Assembly: GCA_000320545.1 (NCBI GenBank)
Contig: ADNK01001817.1
Location: 62,001-126,000, forward strand
Direction: 5' to 3'
Source of the DNA: Bigelowiella natans CCMP2755
Taxonomy: Eukaryota; Protista; Cercozoa
Length of the DNA: 64,000 nucleotides
Below, in pieces: positions 41,176 through 53,982 of this stretch (position 1 is the stretch's first letter; the number at the start of each line of letters is the position of its first letter). The notes below the pieces were generated by a model that searched no databases, was not told where the DNA came from, and saw nothing but the letters and a program-made list of their open reading frames with translations. A program made the position numbers and the translations under genes.

Positions 41176-41251
41176 CGGACAATGATGCGAGCAGGATCAA
41201 ATAAAGGAACTCAAGGCCATGGTCCAAGAACTCAGAGCATTGCGTGAATGA
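27690..41251 (+). CDS. VARS: Valyl-tRNA synthetase, eukaryote-type, probably organellar (roughly 40+ small exons)
   Basis: [14 protein letters not shown] (HIGH), [60 protein letters not shown]|SLGN (KMSKS split by an intron) and [11 protein letters not shown]. It also has an Arg/Ser-rich N-terminal extension. Confidence 0.96.
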
Positions 41252-41670
41252 CAGTCTGTAATTTCATCAGGATCTACCGCAATGCAGTGTTAACTGAGCT
41301 GGTAGTGCACCGCATTCGTGATAAAGTTGTCATATGTCATAGTTCAAGTAGTGCAGTACTATAATTGAACAGGTGCATCAAGTATATTAACGCGAATTGT
41401 ATCAATCTTTCACAGCGACTGCTATTTTCACTGCATCTTGCCTTCAGAACGCATAGAGTAATGAGAATACGCCTCACATCACATGCATGTAGCTGCCGCA
41501 CCCGGTCTGTATTCGTTACGTTGTCATTCTATCGAGATGTCTGTCATCATCCCAATGACTACATAGCGTGTGTATGCATGTGTGCCTAGATGTAGGTGTT
41601 CCAGATGGAAATGCAGTGTACATGGCTGTGTGTCAAGCAGTAGCTGTGCATGCTGTGATCAGCGCAGCAC

Positions 41671-42057
41671 GTGAGACGCAGATGTAATGAATGCACAAAT
41701 TACTTTCTATCCACTAGTCAGCACCATGCATGCTGTGCATTTGTGACGACAGTAATCAAATAATTGCTTCTTTTCAATAGTCATTCTAACACAGCTAAGC
41801 AAAGCAGCGGCTACAGAGCTAAGATGTATGTATGCACATGCGACATGACATGGATGCTTTTGCATGCGTGAAACACATAATTGCTGCAACCAACAGGTAC
41901 CAAAAAATGAAATTATTTCATTACACCCATCTCACACAGATTCAACATTAGCGCTGTAGCCGCTGCATTGCACAATTATATGAGGATGACCATTGAACAA
42001 ATTAATTTGATTTATTACACCCGTCTTACATGTATGTCCATTTGTATACATATATTC

Positions 42058-42097
<40 letters not shown>

Positions 42098-42153
42098 CGC
42101 TACATCAGATGACTAGTGGGAAAACGTAATTATTTCATTACATCCGTCTCACA
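41671..42153. repeat. Cluster of spacer-repeat copies in inverted arrangement (41671-41820 minus; 41905-42153 plus)
   Basis: Both arms contain ctgtagccgctgc..gaTGAC(c/t)attgaa followed by a gactagtgg..ttcattacatc..gtctcac sub-unit. Confidence 0.85.
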
Positions 42154-42189
42154 CATATGCAAGATATGTACTTGACTTGGGAGTTATAT

Positions 42190-42475
42190 CTAAAAATGGT
42201 ATATACTGTACTTTCTTCTCAAGCCATCTATTAAGATCCATTCCAAGGCTCGTGCTGTAAAATCAGTTATTGTGTAGTGGACAAATTGTAAATTAGAAGC
42301 AGTTAATATTGAGTCTTACCAATATACGATGGGTTAGACATCAAACAATAAGCATGTATGTAATTAAAAACAATCCGCATCTAAAGATCGTTTCATGCTC
42401 TGTGGCTCGGCTCGTATAGACTGTGTCAAGGCTGTAATTTTTTGTTCTTTGTTACATGAAACCCCCTTTCCCCCT

Positions 42476-42520
<45 letters not shown>

Positions 42521-44308
42521 CTTCTTTCTAAGCCATTTTGGTGCATAGTTACCGGGAGAGAGCAGCTTGCAATAATGGTTGCCTGCGCCGTAAGGATTTG
42601 CGTCCATGGGATAAAATGCAAAGTAGGAGCTGACGTTCACAGCCCCCCCTCTCGCTTCATCTTCAAACGCAAGGTAGGTGTAGATCCACCAAGGGCCAGC
42701 AGGAATTACAGGCTTCCGGTCCTCGCCCATAACGAGGGGAACCCCGTATCTCTCAAATCTTTCTCTCTCAGCTGGCTGCACAGCCGTGAGAGCCCACTGG
42801 TACGCTTTTGAGTTAATCGTACGGCAGCGACTACCGGCGTCAAGATCAGGAGAGGCAGAGGATTGATTGGTGTGGTTGAAGATGTACTGACGACTTGCTA
42901 GTTTAACGGCTATTTCAATTGCAGAGACAGGCTCTTGCCCATCATCGTCTTCTTCCATGGCGGCTAGGATGTTCACCTTCTCCTCCTCAATGATTTTGTA
43001 GCCATCAAGACCGTACGCTGTCTCTGCCGGTGTGAGTTGTATGTATCTTAATTGCGCCACAGTGCTGGAACATAGGGTCTTATTCTTAAAATCCACGATG
43101 ATCTCTGGCCGGTGTCGATGCCGGTAGTACGGAGGAATTTTCTCTTCGTCGGTCAACATGTGAAATTGATTTCGTGACCCCTCCCATATCCATGCATCTG
43201 CTCCTCCTCCTCCCTTCTGTTCAGGCAGTGGCTTTGCCATCAGCTGCTGTGCGGTCGCAGCCCACTCGCTACTGCCATGCTCATCGTCGAATCCCGTGAA
43301 GAACCAGCTGCCTTCTAACCGAACGAAAGCTTCCAAGATAGGATCGAAGAAACTCGCGCTCCTCTGGACCGCGGTAAGGAGAGAATCGCTGATAGTTTCA
43401 TTGCGATTAGCGACTGTTCCGAAGAAATCGGCAATAATTCGTGCTACCATGGCTTGAGCCTGTGCAGCGTCTGTTTCGGCCCTCAGGTCGCGCGACAGCA
43501 CATCACTGGGTATGCCACTACTGCTATTTGTGGTTATCAGAGATGCGTGATTCACTCCCGGGAGAACAACAACAGGAAAGAGCAAAGCACTGGTCGCAAC
43601 TTTCGTCTTCTTACCGGTATTAAGGAGCTGTTGAGTGTAGTACGCTTCGGCTAGGCGAGTGACTCTGACAACCCCATCGAGAGAACCTCCTACGCTCAGG
43701 GTAGGGATTGGAAACAACGACGGTGTGTTTCCTCCTGTACATTTATGAACACCGTCCTCTAAATAGCCCAGTGGATGCTTTAGGGTTGGCCTCGGTCGAA
43801 TATTCTTCTTCGCCAAGCAAGACATCACGCCAGGCCTCTGTGTTCTAGTGAGGAAGCCCGCCACCAGCGAGAGGCTCAGGATTGGAAGAGGCAGCAAATC
43901 CAAATTTTCCGATGCCTTCTTTACAAAGCCTTGAGCCTGAATTCCTCCGTCGGACATCGAGTGTGCCACGAGGTGAAGCTGCGAAATGTTGTACTTGATA
44001 GCTAGCTCGTGTATCTTCTCAGCAGTGGCGTCAGTAAGATTTTTCTCAATCAGTACCCATGAAGGGATATCCCTAGATGACAACTCTTTCTGGATGTTGC
44101 TGCAAAGGTTGTCAGCATATTCGGTGGCTGGGACGTCCCCTCTCCCCACGAAGAGAATAAGGTAGTTCTTATTGTTGTTGTTATTGCCACTAAGTTTCTC
44201 GACAACGGGAGGAATTAACAGGATATTCTCCTCCATTATAAAAGCCTCAGTGAGAAAGGCAACAATAGTGAGAAACACATGTATGAGACTCACTCCCGCC
44301 CTTCTCAT
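42190..44308 (-). CDS. Uncharacterised secreted alpha/beta-hydrolase-fold protein (2 exons)
   Basis: Signal peptide MRRAGVSLIHVFLTIVAFLTEA; putative triad motifs AHSMSDGG, GGSLDG and GVNHA. The C-terminus NHYCKLLSP|ARALEWILIDGLR is completed by an exon at ~42254-42190. Confidence 0.7.
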
Positions 44309-45297
44309 TGCGGCAGAATTAGCCAAGGTGGGCTACGTGTGCTTGTGGAAAGGGGGCACTGTCGGAACTTGCCCTGGTTGGAGAAATTAGTAAAATCCTA
44401 GGAAATCCCCTTCAATTTTTATAGATCTTCTGCAATTTTGTTGTCGCCAAAAATATGTGAAATTATCAAGTCGCACTTATAAAACCCTTTACATTTTCGT
44501 ATCTCTGCGAACCGACAGCGGCGTTACAGAGAGGATCTTGAATTAGTATAAAGAGCCTAAATCTTGTAAGACGCACTTAAAAATTTAGCTATAATTATGA
44601 ACTAGATGTGAATTCGATGTTTCGAATATCTTTTCCGATCCCTGTGCCACTTGATTTCATTGTGCGACAAATACCCAAACCGTTTAATTAACAAAATGTT
44701 ATGTATATGTAGTTGCCGAGAAAGCCAGATGTGTATAAATTAGTCTGAAAATAGTGTATTGAGGACATAGCCAGGCAAGTCTAGTCGTTCCATCCCCATT
44801 CCAGGTACGAAGGGAGCGGAGTATGAAGATTACGTTTCGAGAGAAGCAGGCAGTATGATTCTGTTGATTATTTACCTGTTCATGGTCTCATGTAAAATTA
44901 ATGCGCCTTGAGCGCTTAAACGGGCTGTAGAATGATTTTTCCATTTTTATTCGGGATAAATCAACTTGCAGCGCCCGTCACCGTCAGTAATATTTCGATT
45001 TATGTAGAGCTCCAGAGACTTTCAAATCAAAGTTATTTGAGCGATAAATTATAGCACGCATATATGGGAAACGTGTGTGATGTGTTAACAATTATCTTGC
45101 TCAGAACCGAATTGGGGATTATTGCCTCAAGTGGAAACAGAGGAAGGTCACAGGAGTTGACCAAATGTCATACTCGACCCGCTGCTAGTGCCTTCCCTCT
45201 TCTGAACAGTCATCACCAAAACGCGTGTAGGAAGAAAATCCGTAAAGAAACGCTGCAGCACTCAGATTTTAAAGCTTTGTAGAGGAGAGGAAATACA

Positions 45298-46419
45298 ATG
45301 AAGATGTCTTACCGTTTTATTTTCCTGGTCGTTGCCATCGGCCTAGCAAGTGCCAACCCCCTCTCCGACACAAGTAAGAAATATTTGTTTTACCCTGAAG
45401 CTGATACAAATATCTCAACCATACTGCCCTAATGAACAGACCCGGATAAGATAGTTTGCCAAGGGGTGCAAAACGCCACCACATTTGAGTCGATCGGGTT
45501 AAGAACAATTGTTATTGTTGCCCACAAGACAAGTAAGATCAATATATTAATTCTAAACTTTGCCGATTAGTTTCGATAATAAATTTGTGCACTTTCTTTC
45601 AATCAGATGGATTTGCGAGCGTGACAGGGGAGGACATCTACATCGTCGAGTATCGCACCCACAACCCTGTTTGCCACCCAACTTCGGCGAACCGTCCCAA
45701 TTGCACGTACAAGTGCTCGCCATACGAATCACCCCATACCCCTAATCCTTCATGCATTTCGTCCCCGCGGCTCGAGAAGCCACAAGAGGCAGATGTCGAA
45801 TGGGTAGTGACTCAGGCACATTACACAAGCTTGGGCAAATACGTAGCAATAATGGAACCAGAGGCTATAGGAATGTACGATCTCGATATCCAGTATATGA
45901 TACAGGGAGGACTGAGAGCGTTCTATTGGCCGAACTCCTACATGTCCGGCGCACCTGCGGTAGCCCATGTCGATGGGAACATTGACTTCAACTGGGGAAA
46001 GAAAGAGCTCTATGAAGATGGACCAGTAGACTACGTCAGCGTTCGATGGAGCGGGAAGCTGCGCCAACGCAACTATACGGAAGCCTTCACAATTTTTGTT
46101 ACTGCAGATGATGGCGTGAGGGTCAGACATTTCCCCTTCATTTCTATTGTAAAAGTGCGTCTGATCGACTTTCTCTTTGCAATAACATTTTGTTCTATAG
46201 GTGTGGATCGACAAGCGGTTGATTATTGATAACTTTTACGAGAGCAAGGAGGAGTATTACGGAACTGTAAATCTCGTTGCTGGCCATTTTCACGATATCA
46301 TAGTCGAGTATCACGAACTCAATGGAAACGCAAATATCAAGCTAGAATGGGGATCCTATTCCCTGCCGCGACAGACTATTCCAAGTTCAAGTTTCTGGCA
46401 TCCCCGTCACATATGCGGT

Positions 46420-46452
<33 letters not shown>

Positions 46453-46841
46453 AATGCCAGGAATCAGAACAAGAATAGCAGGGATTCACAGAGAGAGTGG
46501 AATAGAAAATAGAGTAGAAGTCGTTCTCTCGTGCCTACCACCAGCTCCTCTAAACTTCTCGTTTTCCTCTTGTTCCTATTCGATCCCTCCCCTGTTCTTT
46601 GACGTACTGTTTCTTCTGCTGCATACTTCAGGAACTCCTTTTCAAGGTTTCAATCACTCAAATGGGCCGCTACCGGAGCAAGACATGGCCAAACCCTCGC
46701 CCAGGAAAGATTGGGTTCATATCCGCCCCTCTTGGTATCCCCACCTCAATCACTCGTACGCCTACAACTTCTTCCCTGAGAACGGCTCGGTAGCAGATCC
46801 GATTACAGGGTAATATTATGGATTACATATTTTATCTATCT

Positions 46842-46880
<39 letters not shown>

Positions 46881-48658
46881 GTATATTAAGGAAATTCAAG
46901 TACTAGGTATTATTCACTGACTGGTTGTTTTGTTCGAATGATCACATCTAGATACGGTATGCGGCGTGCTATTGCGGGCCAACCGACGCAATTTCGCATA
47001 CAGTTGATTGACGCTTTCAACCATTCGCTGGAAGGCGATCCAAATACGAAGGGCCAAATAAAGCTATCCGTTACGAAAGGTGCAAGAATGGAGTAGAAAA
47101 GAAGAGCGCAGATATTTAGAAAGCAATTATTTCAAATAAATCACTTATTGCGGTCAAGAAGGTTTACCTCGATCACGTGCGTCGTGAACGTAGTTTTCCA
47201 CAGGGTCAATAACATATTTTGTTCGTTGTCGGAATGGTGTCCAACAGGTCCTGGTAATAACATGAACTTCATGGAGTTTCGCTTAATTCCAAGATCGGTG
47301 ACTTTAGAGCCGGTTAATAACGCTGGTGTATGGCAGGTTTGTAGGAATCTGTCTGAATATTTAATTCTTAATTGTTTTGCTACAGCGCAATAACAGTGTT
47401 TTAATCACTGATGATCCTCGCCTCTGCCTCCCTCCAGGTGAACTATACATTCAACAGGGCCTTAAACTTTGTGATAGACGTAAAGATCAACAGCTCAAGT
47501 GGATTCGCCCGTCTTCCCGGCTCGCCGTTTATGGTAGCAGTGGAGACAGCCCAGACGAGCGTTCAGGTTTCCTACCCGTTTGGCTACGGCCTCGGACAAG
47601 CAAGGGCGGGACCAAACCACTTCTTCATCGTCGCGCGTGACCGCTTTCGCAACAACCGCACACAGAGTGGCGATATCATTAGCGTGCTATTCGCCAATAA
47701 GACTGCTGGCTCTAATCTACTTCCGAAGAACGAGTCGTTGGTGAAAGCACGATCTGTGCTTAAGGGCGACGTGAGATATATTGAGAAGGGAATATATGAG
47801 ATTCGGTATAATCCCACCGTAAGTGGTACCCTTGAGGCGTTCTGTTACATGAATGGGCAGTTGATGAAGGATATGCCAAAAGACATAGTCGTAAGATCGG
47901 CACCTTCGCACTTTCCATCCACACGCATCGAAAATGCAACCACAAGAAGCGTCCATGTGGCAAGGGCGGGTGTGCAGGAGGAAATCATTCTGGTTCTGAA
48001 AGACAGGTTTGGCAACCATGTTATCCGCAACTGGGGGCTGCCCAATGTAACGCTTGAGTTTATCGGACCAAAACCATGGAATCTGTCCAACAACGCGACC
48101 GAAATGGACTATACCGTCACTTTTGGAGAGCACAAAATCTCCTACACCGTTTTGGTTGCTGGAATTTACCGACTCCATATTCGGGTAATAATGATATTGT
48201 GAGTTGATAGATAATGTGTGTGTGGGTGGGGGGGGGGCATGAGTGGTGGTGGTGCCTTATTGCATCAGAAAACAAGCATAGCTCACAGCGAGAATAGATT
48301 GTTTGGTTGTGTCGTCGTTCTGCTGACCTCGCACCTACAGCATCGTCGTAACGATGGTCGATTATTATCGCGCTAATATTTGATCTCGTTAGATTGCTGG
48401 AGAGGAAATCGCAGACTCCCCTCTGGATGTTGTTGTACACCCGAACGTCGCCGACAACCATACCGTAGCTGCTGAGGCAAGGATATCAAATGACGACCTG
48501 CTGATAACGAAAAAGGGTCAAGTGGGTGTGGAGAGTTTTATCTATATCAACGCAAAAGACAGGTAATGCTATATGATACAACAGCACCAGCAGTAGCACA
48601 TGCTAATACAATATCGACGAGCGGCTGCCTCGATGATGCAGTACTCTGACTCCTAGGA

Positions 48659-48706
<48 letters not shown>

Positions 48707-49023
48707 TTTTCCTCCCCTTCCACCTAGGTATGAGAACTCGGTCGACTTCGACAATTCGGCGAATATTTCAGTTGTTTTAACCTGCCACTCGACCAACGTC
48801 ACAGCTCAGTACGTACGATACTTGAAGCAGCCGGAACACCCCCCAGGAATGCATATTGCAAAGATTGTTCCTCTTGTACATGGGCGCCATGGCAGATGCA
48901 GAGTGTTCATAAGGGTTAACGGTAGTTCACCACCTTCGACAACAACAATAACAACAGCAATGATGATGATGCTGACGATACTATTGTATTATATATTTGA
49001 TGGGGAAAGGTTACTTGAGAAGA

Positions 49024-49063
<40 letters not shown>

Positions 49064-49399
49064 AAGTGGTTTTACGACAACGTATTCTGCTACAGGCGAG
49101 CAGATAACGCACAGTCCGTTCCCGGTCGAGATCGACGAAGCGCCCCCAGCTGCCGCCAATAGCATCTTCGAGGCTATCACAAGTTGGGAGGCTGGTCAAG
49201 AAATAAAGTTCAATCTAAGTGCGATTGACCGGTTCGGGAATTACCGAGAATTCGACGGAATGGACTACTTCGGAAATGTTCATGTATTTGACCACACCTT
49301 CCGAGTGGATATTTTGCCAGTGGATATGGAAGAGACTGCGGCATCAGTTATGAAAAAGGGTGTCATGACTCTGGCAGAAGTGCACAACCACGGCAATGG

Positions 49400-49439
<40 letters not shown>

Positions 49440-52400
49440 CTCGTTATATCTCTTTGTATTTCTCTCCCGTTGTGTGTTCTATTTATTAAAAACTTTTTTC
49501 CTTTCCAACTTTCCAATAATTCATCTCCTTCCACCACAGCTCCCAAACGAAGAACAATGTATTTGCAGATATAATGACTTTACGTATATATCACCTCACA
49601 CATTCTTTTTCGTGCCTACTTTTCTAATTATTATCCATCACACTGAGCAATAAATGAACCAATGAATTGATCAGCACGTACGAGGCGGCATGGACTCCCA
49701 TCTCCGTTGGAACGTACAATCAGCACGTTCATTTACTGGCGCGCGGTGTGGGGTTGGAGGCTTTCTACTTCCCGTCTACGACAGCACTTGAGATTGACAA
49801 CCTAGCCTCTCCTCATACCACCAAGATCGATCCTGTTCTCGATTTTGACCTGAAAGAAGCCAACATTCTACCGAACGCCACAAACCCATTCCCTGCCGAC
49901 GACTGGTAAGCTATTCGTGTAGATAGTGATGAAACTCGGTGATATGTTTTCGCTTGACCACTACTCCATGATTTCCGCCTGCTCCATCATTCAAATCTTC
50001 GATATCTTATCATTCAGGTCAGTCTATTGGCGAGGCAAGCTTCGATTCCCCAAGAATGCCTCTTACCGCTTAACTGCAAGTATTGCAGCCAATTGCGGCG
50101 TACGTGTTTGGCTGGGAATTCCTAGCAACATCCAAAGCGGATTAGGGACGAACTCCTGGAGGAGGAGTAGTAGCAAGGGCTACACTAATTCTTCCACATC
50201 TCAGCATATTTATGCTTTTGCGCAGTACCTCAAGAGCCATGACCCCATCATTGACGAGAGGGAACGTAATGAAGGTGGAACCGATGTATTCGCAGACGTA
50301 CACGACGTGCGGGAGAATCTTTACTACGACTTTGCGGTCGAATTTCTCGACTACGAGGGCGATGCCACTTTCTCTCTGCAGTGGGAAACTATCTCGCCTG
50401 GTGAACCCCAAATTCCCCTCCAAGTCGTGCCAACATCAGCGCTCTCCATCATGCAGAATGTGTCAGGATCACCGGTGAAGTGCGTGACGTGGAACGCCCC
50501 CTCCTCCCACCTACTATCGACCACCCACCCAGATGGAGGTCTCATGTCGACCTATCCCTTGCCGCTAAAGAGCTCAGGGATTCCCCAAGAGTGGGACGCC
50601 GGTGTCACGTTCACATTCAACGTGCAAATTCGTGATCAGTTTGGAAACTTGCAAGTTAATGGAACCGAGGGCGGCAAGCTCTCTGTACTCCTCAAGGAGA
50701 TTTACGGCGCCTCGGTCACCCCCATCTCTCCCCCTCTTTCTCTCTTTTCTTAAATACTTAATACGGATGACCTAGAAATTTGTTGCGGTTTTGAAAAACA
50801 AGGAGAAAACGCGCGCACGCGCACGCACGCACGCACTTACACTCACGCTGAAACGCCATTTGTGTGCACGCAGGTCGTAAACTACACCTCCATAGTTGAC
50901 CATCTCAACGGGACATACACGTTTGTAATTGAGCCTCTGGTGTCTGGAACTCATGAACTGCACGTAAAGTTTGACGGTTGGCCTATCCTTGGCAGTCCGT
51001 TCCCAGTCGAGGTAGAATCGACGAACGACAACTACGACGCCGCTTGCATGCATGCATGCATGCACTCAGCAGTGTGCTGTACGATCTGTATAGATAATTT
51101 ACTCTCCCCACCAATCTGCCTCAATCGCTTCTCGCTTCGTCCTTGGTCCCCTCTCACTAACCACCTTTTGCCTACTCTCAGGTCATACCTGGAGTTGCGG
51201 TTACCTCGACCTCGAATGCGGTGGGCGTCGGCCTTCGCAATGCAACCGTAAACTATGAGTCGCGATTTGAAATCTTCATCCGGGATATTGAAGGCAACTT
51301 GCGTAGAGACGCTGACCTTGTGGTGTGCGAGACGACAGGACCAGAGCCGCTTGATGTCAATGTATCTCGCGTAAGGGATGGAATCTACTCGGCAAAGTAA
51401 GAGAGAGGGTGTGGTTGTGGTGGTGGCAAATGTGGGAAGAATAGAAGAATAAAAGTAGCAAATGCTACAACAACTCTGTATAAATGGCATACTTTGTTGC
51501 GCACATAGTATCTTTGCATCAATGTACGTTACTTTGTTTTCAAATATTTTATATTTTTACAAATGTGAAGAATATTATACAGTATTATATTATATCATAT
51601 TTGCATGCACCCACACACGCACGTACATCTTACAGGTACACACCTCGCGTGAAGGGAAGCTACACCTTCCAGGTGAAATTGAACGGCGTAAACTTGCCGC
51701 CGTCCTTTACTGTCACGGTCTTCCCGGATAGAGCGATTCACAATTATACGATCTACAACATCAACAATGGGACGGATATCAACAAAACTGCGAATCTCCT
51801 CGTAACGACGCTTGACAACCAAAACAATGTTCTCGAGACTGGAGGCCATTTCTTCTATGCATGGATGGTAAGAGCTCTTTTTCTTTCCCTCTCTCTCTCT
51901 CTCTCTCTCTCTGTCTATTTCCGTGTACGAGCACGATAGCACGCATACTGACATAAACAAACAAGAGAATAAATAGTATCATTAACCCCTGCCTGCTGCT
52001 GTTACTGTCACTATTACCAGGTGGAAACGTATACGGGTAAAGAGTTAAGGGGAGAGGTATTCGACCTGCAGAACGGCAATTACACTATCAGCTTCCCAGT
52101 TAACACTAACCGAACAGCCTACATGCTCTACATCCTTCTTGCCAGCGGACGAGGAATTGGTGATGGGCTCATGGCCCACTATTACACCAACCCGTGGCTC
52201 ACAGGCACACCCACCTTAACGCGAATCGACTCCCACATCAACTTCAAATGGGGGCAAGATCTCGTCGCTCCCACCGCTAGGGACTACGTCAGTATCAAGT
52301 GGACAGGATACATACGGCCAAAGTACGCGCAGATGTACAACTTCTCGCTACAGGCCGATGACGGTGTGCGGCTGACAGTCGACGGCCACTTGATCATCGA

Positions 52401-52641
52401 TGAGTATTTCAACTCCGCCAGTGAGTTCCTAGGCTCCATCTTCTCGGGTAACTACACGTTTCCCAAACCGCAGATGTTGTATAAATTCGAGCTGGAATGG
52501 CGCGACACAGTTGACATTGCTCTTTGTATCCTGAAGTGGGAGTCACCATCACAAACCAAGGAGATCATACCGCAGGACTACTTCCATAGTGATGCGAAGC
52601 CGATCATCAACTCGTACTCGAGATACACGACAACTCCCTGA
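45298..52641 (+). CDS. Large secreted protein with three PA14 domains and multiple filamin-type Ig repeats
   Basis: Signal peptide MKMSYRFIFLVVAIGLASA. PA14 motifs GLRAFYW..IDFNWG..SVRWSG..ADDGVR and GLMAHYY..INFKWG..ADDGVRL. Filamin motifs ARDRFRN, KDRFGN, RDQFGN, DHLNGTY and GSPFPV. Confidence 0.88.
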
Positions 52642-53480
52642 TGTCTAGAAGATAGTTCCTCTGTCGCGGTGTAGTGACAGAAAGTCTATTTCTCATCAGA
52701 AACTCTTCTATGCCTTCAAGCATCTCCCCATCATACACCACGTCTTATCACTATTATCATTATCAAGTCTGATATTCCCTTTCGAAAGAATGGTTCACCA
52801 CCCTCTTCATCTCTAACGTTTACCGCTGGATAACATTTTTTCACTTTCACTCCCAACTCACATCTCCTAGCCCAACCCCATGATTGATCTTTCGATCATG
52901 ATTGCCAGGGTATGACCATACACTGAAACACAAAGTTTTTCTCTACTTAGTCGAAAACCTGTAGTACCTTGCGCCCCCCCTGCGTGAGGCGCCTCGCCAT
53001 AAATGTGATACTGGTTTTTTTTGCTGTATATTTCACCTTTCACCGTCATCTATTTATGCTACTGTCGCACCGACTACGACCTCTTCCTCTTAATTAGACG
53101 ATATAGTAGAAGTTATGATAGTCGTGAAGTTGTTGACAAAAATAGAAGCCGAAGCAGCCTGTTGTACGCACATGCTGGACAAAACCCTTTATCAGCTTCA
53201 TTCTGATGACACTATTTTTGGCTGAGAGCCTCCCTCTTCCTTATCATACGTAAGTGAGTATATTTATACGTATGAACATTGACATGCATGCTATGTATGC
53301 ATGCATGTATCTGTAAAGCGCTGCGGCCAACGCTACATTTGATTGTTTATTCCTCTCTTAATAATTGTATGTGAGTCAGCACCCATGTACGTTAAGCCAT
53401 AAAGCGTATCGTAGGCGGTAACTATGGCATGCACCTACGTTTACCTCGCGCATGCATCGCGCGTACATGCGCTACGTAAG

Positions 53481-53573
53481 CAGACGGATGTAATAAATCA
53501 AATTAATAATTTGTTCAATGGTCATCCTCACATATATAGCAGCTGTGCAAATGCAGGTGGGGCTACAGCGCTA
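53481..53573 (-). repeat. Copy of ~90-bp dispersed spacer repeat
   Basis: The reverse complement reads tagcgctgtagcc..tgcatttgcacagctg..aggatgaccattgaacaaatt..atttattacatccgtctg. Confidence 0.88.
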
Positions 53574-53982
53574 CGTACAACTATATTTTCTGAAATGCTT
53601 TAACTGACATACAATCTGATGTACTATGACCTAGCCGGCCTACAAGCTACTATATCTTGTCGCGAAAGGTGTACATGAACACGCGAGCGATAAGCCTAGC
53701 TCTCGTAGACACAAGCCTACGGTACCGATCGTTATATGCACGTGCCTAGCATCCCATGCATCAATATAATTTAACTAGAGACTGCCAAGCGTCATCAAAC
53801 TCATGCTTACCATTTATTGCGCCCGGCACGGAGCAGCATATCTATCTAGATATATTGGGAAGGTGACGCGTTGCATTATTGATGTTAGTTTTGTAATTCC
53901 AATTGGAGCTTACGCAGGTATACAGGCGTAACATGCTTACTTTACATGTGGATGATACTATAATACGAGCTGAGTGTGGGCT

